Assembly: GCA_963749495.1 (NCBI GenBank)
Contig: CAVVMW010000021.1
Coordinates: forward strand, 896,001-960,000
Source of the DNA: an uncultured bacterium
GTDB taxonomy: Bacteria > Verrucomicrobiota > Verrucomicrobiia > Limisphaerales > UBA8199
DNA: 64,000 bases
Reading direction: 5' to 3'
Part shown: positions 13,101 to 23,927 of the stretch, piece by piece
Position numbering within the stretch: position 1 is the first letter of the stretch
Layout: every line of letters begins with the position of its first letter
The notes under the pieces: generated by a model
Seen by the model: only the letters and a program-made list of their open reading frames with translations
Databases searched by the model: none
Told to the model about the DNA's origin: nothing
Translations under genes and position numbers: made by a program

Positions 13101-16100
13101 AGCTTCATCAAAGGATACAAGTCGTTCAAAGAGCGCGAGCAATTGTTTCCCATTCATCCCTATCTGCTGGAAGCGGCAAAGATGCTGCCTCATTTCCTGC
13201 TCATGGGTTTGGTGGCGTTGATCTGGTACAACAACGGGCTCGAGGGGTTGAAGATCTATCCCTACTTGAAGCAGTTGGCCAAGGACCTGGCACTGGATTG
13301 GCACTCTTTGAACTGGGCAGCGCCGCTTTTTGCAGGGTTTGGGTTGAGCGTGGCGGCGCGTCTGCTGGAGGTCTATCGCTATCGCTGGGGCCCCCAGGCA
13401 GCCCAGGGCTCCTCGCTAAGCCTGGACAGGGATGTGGCCAGCTTGTTCGGGCGCGCGCCCCAGATCTCGACGCCGGCGCTGCGCCTTGGGTGGTGGTGGA
13501 ATCCCCTGGTTTACCAACGGGCCGGCTGGATTTTCCGCTCGGCCGGCCTGGGATTGCTGACGCTGGCCCTGTTCCAGTTGGAGCCGCCGAAGGAGCCGCC
13601 GAATTTCGCCAGCTTCATGTTTGTAAAGGGATGGGGTGGCGTGCTGCTGCTGGCGGAATCGGCGGGCCTGTTGCTGCCGCTGATTGTTTCCCGGTTCAGC
13701 TCCTGGTTGGAGGACCGGGTGGGCGCCAATCCGCGGGCGGGCCGGCTTAGCCGGTGGGTCAACCAACTCAACCTGGTCCCCACGCGCCCCGCCTCGCTGA
13801 TCTGGCTTTCGATCAAATATCATTTTCAGCCCTCCGTGCCCACGGGCGGGTTTTGGCCGATGACCCAGGCGATCGGGTTTTACCTTGTCTTCGGGGCGAT
13901 CTTCTTCTTCGTCGGGAGCTACATGTTCAAGCAGGCCCTGGAGATTTGGTTCCAGGAGACCTATCGCCATGGCTTGGACCTCCGCCTGATCGCCGGGATG
14001 TTTCTGTTCTGGAACACCATGTATCTGCTGCGCTTCGGGCTTTTCGTGGTGCTGACGGCGCTGGTCTCTGCCGCTGCGATTTATCCCGTCAAAGTCGCGT
14101 GCGCGGCGGGGGCCTTCGGTTGTTTCGTTCTCCAGTTCCTCAGTGAATCGTTCACTGGCTACCTGGATCATCATGCGGGGGCGGTGGGAGCGGCGTTGGT
14201 CCTCAGCCTGGCGCTCATGGCTTTTGAGGGCGAGATCCTCGACTGGGTGCGGCAATCCCGCCTGTGGCACGGACTGCGGGCGCGCCGGCAGGCAAGGGAG
14301 CAGGGGGCGTTGGACCAAATGCGACGCGATCCCAATCGAGCCTTGGGCGTCGTTTACATGAGCGGCGATGACTTGTCCTTCCACAAACTGACGCCCGAGT
14401 TGCTGATCAGCCGCCTCCAGACCCTGCGGGACCGGCTTGGGTCCGGCGGGATGCGGTTGCTGGCGCAGGCGCAGCGACTCCCGGAGGATGCGGAGCTGAC
14501 GCAATGGTTTAAGGCCCTTTATGAGCTGGAGCGGCGGGGGGATGTGACTCTGTGGCACCCGCTGCAGTTGGTCGTTTCCGGGGAAGAGCCGCGCCTGGCC
14601 GATGAGTTGGGCCTCAACTTGAGGGTGGCCAGCGGGAGCGAGCGTGACCGGGTGCTGGCGGCCTGGCACCTTCGGCGCTGGCTGGTCACCATGATGTCAA
14701 CGGCCGGGCATGCCCAGGATACCGGCATCAATCTGGTGGATATCGCGCTGTGCCTGGCGCGCGAGGGCCTGGGTGCAAACACCGTGTTTTACCTGATTCA
14801 GAACAAGTATGATAACAATGACAACAACCGGCCCGCGCAATTGCCATACGACAAGGGAGAACTCGGGCAACGGAACAAACTGGCGCGCCTGCTGATGGCG
14901 GCCGCGCCGGGCGCTCGGGCCTATAGCCTCAATGACTGGACGCCCTTTGGATTCAAAGCCGGCGGCCTGGTGGCCATGGACCTGGTTTATGAGGAGTCGC
15001 TCAAGCTCACCAATATGCTGGTGCTGGACCGGAACGCCAACGCGCACGACCTGGAGGCGGTGATGGCGGACCTCAAGCTGGCGCTGAGTGACCCGGGCGT
15101 CGTCATTGTCATCCCCGGGCGCAGCACCACCAACACCCTCACGCCCATCGGCCAGAGTTCGCAATTGGTCGAGGAGGGGCACGCGCGCTGACCCGCGGGG
15201 TGATGCTGGTGGGTGGGGTGGGCGCCGAGACCCTGGGGACCGGTTGGGGCAACATCCAGGCGATTTATTACGGACGCGTCCAGCGCGCGTTATGTGACAC
15301 CAACACCCCCAAGATGCCGCTGACGGCGGCGGCGGCGCGCGGCGCCACGTTCGGCGACCGGTGCGAGGGCCTGATTGGGTTCGGCCCGCACGCCATCGGC
15401 ATTTCCGAGGATATCTGGGGCGTGACCCAGGCGGCGCACAACGCCCTGGCACTGGGTTACCAGGTCAAGTTCCGGCGTTCCCGGGCGATGTGGCACAAGC
15501 TCCGGGAGTGCTGGAGCCATGCCGAGTGGCTCTCGGCCTTCCCCCGGTGGTCCGGAGGCTACCTTCAGATGATGCTCGACCCAATCATGCAGCGCATCAA
15601 CGATGGCGGACCGCTTTCCGTTTTTGCGAAGGAGATTCGGGCCAGCGGCGGCCGGTTCTTTTTGAGCGCCCCCTTTGCGCTCCTGAGCATCCTGCTGATG
15701 CCCCTGGCGATCATCTGCGACATCTCGCCATTCGTGCAGATCCTGGTGCTGCTCTGGAACCTGGGTTTGGTCATGAACCAGGTCCTGACCGCGCTGGGGT
15801 TGGTGGCGTGCCTTGAGGGCACAGGGTTCAATCGGCTCACCGCCTTCGCCGGCGCCGGGGCCGCAGCCATCCTGGGGCAGGAAGTGCCGGCCTTCAACTC
15901 GTTTACCCTGCCGCTGGTCGTGGCAGGCTTCCTCGCGGGCGGCTTTTGCCTGGGCCTCGGCCGATGGCTCTATTACCGGGGTCGCGACGTGATGCTCTTT
16001 GGCCCGCAACTGGTCATTCACGCCTTGGGCCAGGTGGTGCGGCAGAGCCTCGAGTTCGTGCTCTCGGGCGCCTCCGCCAACGATGCCAAGGCGGTCAACA

Positions 16101-17263
16101 TGGCGTTTCGGACCTGGGTCGGGCCCCGCGAGGACCGGCCCTTCGAGACTTATCAGAATTTCGTCAACCTCCGCACGGTGGTGTGGGGCGTGGGGTTGGG
16201 TTCACTCTTGCTGAATCTCTTTGCCTTGGCGAACCTGGATTTCCTCAACGTGCTGCTGCTGTTGCCTTCGTTGATGTTCAGCGTGAGCGCCTTGGTGGGG
16301 CCGTTTTTGATGCAACCCAAGGCGGGTAGCCATTGGGGCGCGGTGGTTTGGGCGCCCAAACTGTTGGGATGGCTGGCCAGTTTCATATTCTACCTGCTGG
16401 TGGCATGGCTCATCGCGGGCGGCGGGTGGTGGGAATGGGCCGGCCTGGGCCTCCTTGCGGCATGTCTGGGCCGGGTCCTGATGGCGGGACTTCGTTATGT
16501 GGGATACCCTCGTCGTCTCCGCAAACTCCGGGGCCAATTGGCGGAGGAGTTGGCGGCCCAGGGCTTGCCGCTGGAAGAGGCAGAGAAGCTCGCATGGAAT
16601 ATCATGGCCGGCCTGGGAACGGATCTGGAAAAGACCAAGGCCACCCTGGAGCGAACGGCGTTGTCGAGCGAGGGCCGGGCAGCCATCGCGAAAACGGTGC
16701 AGGACCGCGTGTTGCCGCTGCTCAAGAAGCCGATCTCCGACCTCCTCGAGCGGCCCTCGGCCAACCTGCGCTTTGCCTGCGAATGGCGCCGCTCGTTTGT
16801 GTTGGGGTTGTTCACGTTCGTCTGGTTTTTTGTCGTGCCAATGCCCGGCCTCCTGGTGTTCACGGCCCCGGGCGGCTACCGGATCTCGACTTTGCCGTCC
16901 AGCGTTTTTGCCGGCGCTGCGCTCGTGCTCGGGGTGGTGCTGGCGGCGGGCCTCTTGAGCCTGGCGCTGGAGTGGTGGGAGAAGCATGGCTGGTGGGGCG
17001 CGGGCTTGGTGCCGGCGATCGCTGCCCATTATCGCTCGTTCGAGTCGCTCGCGGCGCAGCCAGGCAAGCTGACGCCAGTGGACACCGCCCGGTTCCATGC
17101 TATGTTTACCGACGTTCAGACGTATTTCGATCAGCGCAGCTATGGGTACGCCCGCCGCTCGCTTCGGCAGATCCAGCAACGCCTGGCGGCGGCGGGACCA
17201 GGCAGAGCGCCCGGCGAGCTGCCCCAGGCAATGGAACCGCCGCCCGGTGCGCGGCCCGGCTGA
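4198..17263 (+). CDS. Giant (~4,350 aa reconstructed) membrane glycan synthase: signal peptide, beta-rich extracellular region, CBM-like domain, alpha-helical glycosidase-like domain, multi-TM processive glycosyltransferase
   Basis: ORF pieces 4198-, 4511-, 4873-, 10947-, 11530-, 13017- and 15200- join by single-base shifts (~4640, ~4928, ~11035, ~11548, ~12960, ~15183). GT motifs: GFKAGG (~14950), VLDRNA (~15020), GISEDIWG (~15400), FPRWSGG (~15540), flanked by many TM helices. Confidence 0.72.
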
Positions 17264-17356
17264 GCCGGCGGTGCTGAACTCCGATGGCAACGCTGTGAAC
17301 CTGGAATCACCTACGAACTGGCAACTTCATTGGCGAGGGGCGGACGACAGCATTCT

Positions 17357-17415
17357 CCGCTGCCGCATAAATGCGGCCTTCCGAAGCCAACCGGAACGCC
17401 GCATAAATGCGGCAG
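17357..17415. repeat. REP-like tandem palindrome GCCGCATAAATGCGGC (x2)
   Basis: Two copies of gccgcataaatgcggc between the synthase and hydrolase genes. Confidence 0.7.
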
Positions 17416-17462
17416 GCGGGAGCCCTGGAAGGAATCTGTCGTGCGCCCAGGGGCGGGCGCTC

Positions 17463-20400
17463 ATGCCTGTTTGGGGCGCGGGCCTTAAGCGGATCCTGCT
17501 CGGGCCGGCGGCGGCCTTGGCCCTTGGGCTCGGGGTGCTGGCTGGCCCCAGCCAGGCCGCCGAGGGCTTCCTGCAGATCCGCAACGGCTATTTCTGGGAC
17601 CCTGTCGCCGGTGATTATTTCATCCCGCGCGGCGTGGCCTACCAGATCTGGAATCCACCGGTGGGGGCCAATCAATCCTTCGAGCAGGTGGATTACGACC
17701 TGCTGGAGATCCAAAAGCTGCACGCCAACTCGGTGCGGGCGGAGTTGACGTGGGGGCAGGTGCAGATTGGGCCGGACCAGTACGATTGGAGCAAGGCGGA
17801 CCACCTGATTCAGCAGGCTGAACGGCTTGGCCTCAAGCTGTTCATTATTATCGGATATCAGTATCCGCCTGCCTGGTTTCCAACAAATTGGCTCGCGATC
17901 AACAACCAGGGCCTCCGAGCGGATGTGGTGCGGAGCCTTTCCAACAGCACGCCGGCCAATGCCCTGAATTGCCTGCCCGCGGCGACCGCGCTCGCGCTCC
18001 AGTTAACCAACTCCAGCTCACCGACGGTGCTGACGCAGGTGATGAACTGCCTGGTGGCGGGCGCCAAGGCGGGGGGCGTTTCGAATATCATCCAGAGCCT
18101 GCAGGCCACGCTCACCCTGGACCAACTCAACGCCAACCTGCCGTTCCTGATTTCGGACGTGATCAATTATGAGGACCCCCGCGCGCAAGCCGTCTATACG
18201 CAGGTACATCGCGGCGGTCACGGGGCGTTATCAGGGCAGCCCGGCGGTTGGCGGCTGGATTTTGGGCAACGAATACGCCTATTTTGACCTGTGGGAAGAT
18301 CCGAACCTGTACCCGGCGCGTCGGTTTCTCGGTTATGATCCGCTCTCCCAACAGAGCTTTCACAATTACCTGCAGTCGCACTACCAAACCAATATTGCGG
18401 CGCTCAATGCCAACTGGCAGGCCAGTTACCCCGATTTTGCCTCGGTCGTCATGCCGCTGGAATACCCGCCCAATCGGCTGTTTCCCGGCTACCAGGACCT
18501 GCTGCAATGGCGCAAACAGAGCATCGGTAACTTTGTCGCCCTGGGCGCTGCGGCGGCGCGGCAGGCCGACCCAAACCACCTGCGCACCTATTCAATGGTG
18601 GGCGGGATTTTCAGCGGCCGCGACGCGAATTTCACGTGCGAAGATGCCAAGGCGATCGTGACCGCCTGTGCGGCGGCAGGGGCGCCGCTCGACTTCTGGT
18701 CGCTCAACAACTACGCCTGGGCTGAAATGGGCAGCGAGCTCCGCTCCGCCGCCTTTGGCATCGGCAAGTACCAGGCTCAATCCGGCCTGCCCGTCATGAT
18801 TTCGGAGACCGGCTTCAGCAGTACCCGAGGACCTCTTCGATAAAGACCCCATTACCGGCTATCTCTGGGCCGGAGCCCGCCAACCCAAAGCCCTGCCCAG
18901 CACTCTGTGGGAATCCCTGCTCGCCGGGGCCATCGGCTTCCACTTCTTCACCTGGAACGACCGGGGCTTTTTCACCCAGGCCTTTTTTCCCCGCGAGCGT
19001 GGCTTCGGCATCGTTCAGATCGACCGCCTGCCCAAACAGCCCGTTTATGACAACATCAAAGCCATGTTCCTGCAGATGGAAAACCTGCGCCTGGAACATT
19101 TGCTCGGCGGCTCGAGCAACCCGCCGCCCGATGTCCAGTTGTTCTGGAGCACCAACGCGGACATGGTGTGGCCCCGGGCCAACCAGGAGAACGCCATGAT
19201 CTGGGGCGCCTTGAAGCGGCTGGGTTATCAGCCGGGCATCATTGACGATGCCGCCTTCGAGAGCGGGGCGGCCACCAATGCGCCGGTCCTGCTGCTCTCG
19301 CGCTGTGTCCAGATGGACCCGCGTGACCTCGAGCGTGTGGCGACCAATGTCCTGCCGGCGGGCATCTCCATTCACGCCGAGGCGGAGCTGCCAGGGCAAT
19401 ACGATGCGTATTGCCGGAGCAACAACAACTGGGTGAGCCTGATGCGGACGCTCTTGGGCGTGGATGTCAGCGCGGCCGGCCCTGGCTTTGACCTCATCGT
19501 CACCAACGACTGCTACACCCCGCTCCGCCTCCTCGGGGCAGCCAATCTCGGCCCCATCACGACCAGTTTTTCCACCGCCCAGGCGACTTGGAAGTTCTGG
19601 CAGCGGGTGATGCCGGTCTCGGCTCAAGTGCTGCTGACGGGCTCCGGCGTTGCCGGCGCCACTGGCGGCTGTTTTCCCTACCCGGATGCCACCTTATACC
19701 CGGCGCTGCTGGTCAATGCCGCCGGGGCCGGGCGGGGGCGAACCGCAGTCAACCCGTTCGCCTTGGGCGACACTTTCGCGACGAGCGGGACGGAGGCGAG
19801 GCAATGGGACACGCGCTACGCTATCCTGGGTGCCATCTATCGCGACCACTTCGGCTCCAGCCCGCCGTGTCGCTCAGCAGCGCCGGTCCCCCCGAGTACG
19901 TGCTCCCCTCTTACCGGCTCTGCGCCAATGGCAGCGTGCTCATTGGGCTGCTCAATGAAGACACCAATGCCGCCAGCATCACGATATCAGCGCCCTCGCT
20001 CCTTGCCGGGCGGAAGGTGGAAGCCCTGTCGGCGGGGGGCGTCTTAACTCGGAATTCCACTGGGACATTGAACTACACCGTCGCGGGGGATGATTGCATC
20101 CTGTTGTATGCCTACGCTGCCACCGGGACACTGGATAGTTCGTTGATCAACCCGAATCCCAACAAGCTCTGGTTTGCGGACGCTCCGCTGGCCTTTTGGC
20201 CCAACGGCTCCAACTGCCTTGTCAACCTCGGTTACGATGCCCAGGACCCCAATCTGGCGGTCATGGTAACGCTGGAGCAGACCTCGCCGAGGGGGAAGAT
20301 CTACGGCCAGTCCATTGCCACCAACATCACCGGGCAGGGCGCCCTTGCGGTGCCGGTGCCCGTGCCCGACCCGGATGCCAACGACCCGAATTACATCTCC

Positions 20401-21671
20401 TCGCGCGAGGGTGGAGAATACGTTTTTCGGGCCTGGCTCTTGCAGGCAGGTCTGCCGGTCTTCCAGAGCACGCTGCCGGCGCGGCTCCTCTTCGGGACGC
20501 ATCCGACCCAGCCCTTGCCGGGCGTGGTGGCGCCAGGCAAAACTTACTCCGTCACCTTGGCTTGGGAAGAATTGCCTTCATACCTTTCCGGCAACGCAAC
20601 GCCGCTGGATCGCGCGGCCTTGTGGGATTCCCTGGGCTGGGGCCAGGAGCATTACCGGATTGTCCTCGAGCTCAAATCGGGCAGCCAGAGCGTGGTGTCC
20701 AATAGCTTCTTGACCAGTTCAGGCACGGGCAGCAACACCTTCTCGGTCACCGTGCCCCCCGGCGCGGCCGGGCCATTCACCTGGCAGGCCTACTCGGAAA
20801 CCGCTGCCAACGTGCTGTCGGATGACGTCTTTGAAAGCTTCGAGGGTTATGCGACTGGCGCAAACTGGCAAGGGCCCGGCCTGCCGTATATAACCAACAA
20901 CCTCACTTGGCCCTGGAACAGCTATGTCTATTCCTTTCCGGCGGCCACTTTTGACACCTCGCCGACCAACCTGTTTTTGAACGCGGGTGTGCAGCTCATC
21001 GGCTCGGACGGCTCCCAATCCGCGTTTATGGTCGTCACCAACCCATCATGGACGGCGTTCAGCGGCTTTGGGCTGGGTTACCAATTCACCAACGGCGATT
21101 GGGCGCTGCCGGCCGACCGCAGCCTATGGACCAACTACGTGTTCTCTTATGATTTCCAGGAGGCCAATAGTAACCTCTGTTCGGTCGAAATGCAGGTCAA
21201 GAGCCCAGACACCTATGTGGGGACCAACCAGATCCAAAACTTCATCCAATATACGAGCCTGTACGCCCCCGGCGCCAACGGGTGGTTCACCCTCAGCGCA
21301 TCTCTCGATCAGTTTACAAACGCCTCCGGCACTTTCGATCCGAGCCATGTTGATACCTTGGCCCTGAATGTGGCGATGCTGGCCACGAATGTTCTGTATG
21401 TCGGTTCGTTCGACAATATCCGATTTGCGGGCCCGGAGGTTGATCTGGGGGCGGCCTCGTGACGACCGTGTACACCAGCGCGAACCAAACCGCCGGCTGG
21501 CTGAGCATCCAGCCCGCCGGTCCCGGCGCGGTATCGGTTTCCTGGCACGGCAACGGCGTCCTGCAATCGGCCCCGGCGATGACCGGGCCCTGGGCTGACG
21601 TGACCAATGCCGCCACGCCGTTGTTGGTCAAGCCCTTGGTGTCCATGCGCTTTTACCGCCTCCGCCAGTGA
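17463..21671 (+). CDS. Secreted clan GH-A glycoside hydrolase (GH42/GH5-like) with trimerisation-like, Ig-like and CBM-like domains and a C-terminal '...RFYRL' domain
   Basis: Signal peptide ending PSQA; RGVAY; YDWSKAD; WILGNEY (acid/base); MISETG (nucleophile); FTWND. Frameshifts near 18200, 18825, 19855 and 21455. Confidence 0.8.
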
Positions 21672-21701
21672 ACTCCGGCGCGCGAGGCCTCCCTCCAAAC
21701 C

Positions 21702-23111
21702 ATGCAAACCAATGCTGCCAACCAGAGCCATGCGGCCAAGATGCGGGCCGCAGGCATCGCCGAGCCTACGATCGCCGCCTTCCTTGGCGCCTTGGAAAAA
21801 GTCAGGACTGGGGACCGCGGAATCCTGCCGGAGGCCGCTATAGCGCCGATCGCCTCGTTTCCCAAGCTGGAGGAGTTGGACCAGGGGGCGGTGGCGGACA
21901 ACGCGATGCTGCGCCAGTTGGTGGTCTTCAAGCTCAACGGCGGCCTGGGCACCAGCATGGGGCTGGACCGGACCAAGTCCCTCATCCCGGTGCGCGGAGA
22001 CGACACCTTCCTGGACTTTACGGTCCGCCAGATGCTTGGCCTGCGCAACCGCACCGGCTCGCGCTACCCCGCCTTCTACTTGATGAACAGCTTGACCACG
22101 CGCCGGGAGACACTGGAATTCCTGGGCCGCTACCCTGATTTAGCGGGCGGCAACGAGGTTGATTTTCTGCAAAGCATGGTTCCCAAGGTGGATCCCCAAA
22201 CTTTCGCGCCGGTGGCCTGGCCTGGCCAGCCGGATTTGGAATGGTGCCCCCCGGGGCATGGGGATTTCTACCCCTCCATCCTGGGCTGCGGCCTTCTGGA
22301 CCGCCTGCTGGACTCCGGCACCCGTTGCGCGTTCGTCTCCAACTCGGACAACCTTGGGGCCAACGTTGACCTGAGGTTGCTGCGCTACTTCGTGGAACGC
22401 GATTTCCCCTTTTTGATGGAGGTCGCGCAGCGCACGGCCGCCGATAGGAAGGGCGGACACCTGGCCCGCAGGCGGGCGACCGGCCGCTTGCTCTTGCGGG
22501 AATCGGCCCAGAGCCTCAAGGAGGAAGAGGCCCAATTCCAGGACATCCGGCGCCATTGCTTCTTCAACACCAACAACCTCTGGATACGCCTGGACCACCT
22601 CAAGGCCGAACTGAAGCGCAAAGGCGGGGTGCTGCCCTTGCCGCTCATCACCAACGTCAAGAACCTCGACCCGCGCGACCCCGCCACCCCCAAGGTCTTG
22701 CAGTTGGAATCCGCCATGGGCGCCGCTATCGAGTGTTTCGACGGCGCCAACGCCATTGTGGTTCCCCGCTCACGCTTCGCTCCGGTCAAAGCCACGGCCG
22801 ACCTGGCGGCATTGCGCTCGGATGCCTACCAGGTCACAACCGACGACCGGCTCGAGTTGGTCCCCTCAAGGCAAGGCCGGCCGCCCCTGGTGGAGCTGGA
22901 CCCGAAGTATTACAACGTGATGGCCTCCTTCGAGCGGTTCTTCCGCGCCGGCGTCCCGTCCCTGGCGGCCTGCGAATCCTTCAAAGTCATCGGCCCCGTC
23001 GAGTTCAGCCCGCGCGTGATTTGCCAGGGAACCGTGGAATTCCACAACGCCTCGCCGGAGACCAAACGCGTGGCGCCGGGCCTTTACCATGACCAACAGG
23101 TGCAACTCTAA
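21702..23111 (+). CDS. UTP--glucose-1-phosphate uridylyltransferase, eukaryote-type UDPGP family (not GalU type)
   Basis: KLNGGLGTSMG, EWCPPGHGD, SNSDNLGA, KGGHL, FNTNNLW, LESAMGAAI and RFAPVK motifs. Confidence 0.95.
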   Translation: MQTNAANQSHAAKMRAAGIAEPTIAAFLGALEKVRTGDRGILPEAAIAPIASFPKLEELDQGAVADNAMLRQLVVFKLNGGLGTSMGLDRTKSLIPVRGDDTFLDFTVRQMLGLRNRTGSRYPAFYLMNSLTTRRETLEFLGRYPDLAGGNEVDFLQSMVPKVDPQTFAPVAWPGQPDLEWCPPGHGDFYPSILGCGLLDRLLDSGTRCAFVSNSDNLGANVDLRLLRYFVERDFPFLMEVAQRTAADRKGGHLARRRATGRLLLRESAQSLKEEEAQFQDIRRHCFFNTNNLWIRLDHLKAELKRKGGVLPLPLITNVKNLDPRDPATPKVLQLESAMGAAIECFDGANAIVVPRSRFAPVKATADLAALRSDAYQVTTDDRLELVPSRQGRPPLVELDPKYYNVMASFERFFRAGVPSLAACESFKVIGPVEFSPRVICQGTVEFHNASPETKRVAPGLYHDQQVQL

Positions 23112-23136
23112 AAGTCAGATCACCAAGGATTTGCCC

Positions 23137-23922
23137 ATGCAAAAAACGGAAACCGCATCGCTCTACCGGGTGTGGGGCGCAGACAAAGTCGTGTACGGCC
23201 CGCTGGAGTTGCCTGCCCTGGTTCAATGGATTGAGGGGCGGCGCCTCACAGCGGAGAGCTGGGTGCTGACCGAGGCGATTAACCAGTGGCAACGGGCGGC
23301 CGACCTGCCCGAGTTAAAGCCCCACTTCGCCCTGAAAGCCGCCGCCGCAGCGCCCGGCGGAACGCCGCCTTCAGGCGGCAGCACCCTCAAGCCCCACTTC
23401 GCTCTGAAAGCCGCGGCCCCAGCCCCTGCCGATTCCGGACCCGGCGCCGGTCTTAGCCCCGCGACTTTGCGCCGGACAAAGCTCTTTGCCGGCCTGGAGG
23501 ACCCGCAGCTTGCCTCCCTGGCCCATTACCTGGAAGTCATCCGCTTCCCCCAGTTCAGTCACATCGTCCGCCAGGGCCAGCACGGCGATGCCATGTACGT
23601 GGTGACCGAGGGCGAGGTGCGCGTCTTGAGCATCGTCGAAGGCAAAGAAACGATCCTAGCCACGCTCACCGCCGGCGACTGTTTCGGCGAAATCTCCTTG
23701 CTCGACCAGGGCCCCCGCTCCGCCGACGTCATCGCCAACAAGGACAGCGTGCTGCTCCGGATTTCCAATGGCGCGTTCGACCGCCTCGTCCGCGAAGCCC
23801 CGGCCTTGGCCGTGCCCTTTCTCCTGGCCTTGAGCCGCGCGGTGGTCCAGCGCGTCCGGCGGACCAACCTCAAGTACGAAGACTCCATCCGTTTCATCCG
23901 CGCCTCCACAACCCAATCGTGA
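23137..23922 (+). CDS. GYF_2-like domain plus cyclic-nucleotide-binding domain protein
   Basis: N-terminal YRVWGADKVVYGP..WI...WV; cNMP motifs IVRQGQHGDAMYVVTEGEV and FGEISLLDQGPRSADV; no HTH domain. Confidence 0.88.
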   Translation: MQKTETASLYRVWGADKVVYGPLELPALVQWIEGRRLTAESWVLTEAINQWQRAADLPELKPHFALKAAAAAPGGTPPSGGSTLKPHFALKAAAPAPADSGPGAGLSPATLRRTKLFAGLEDPQLASLAHYLEVIRFPQFSHIVRQGQHGDAMYVVTEGEVRVLSIVEGKETILATLTAGDCFGEISLLDQGPRSADVIANKDSVLLRISNGAFDRLVREAPALAVPFLLALSRAVVQRVRRTNLKYEDSIRFIRASTTQS

Positions 23923-23927
23923 TCCTG

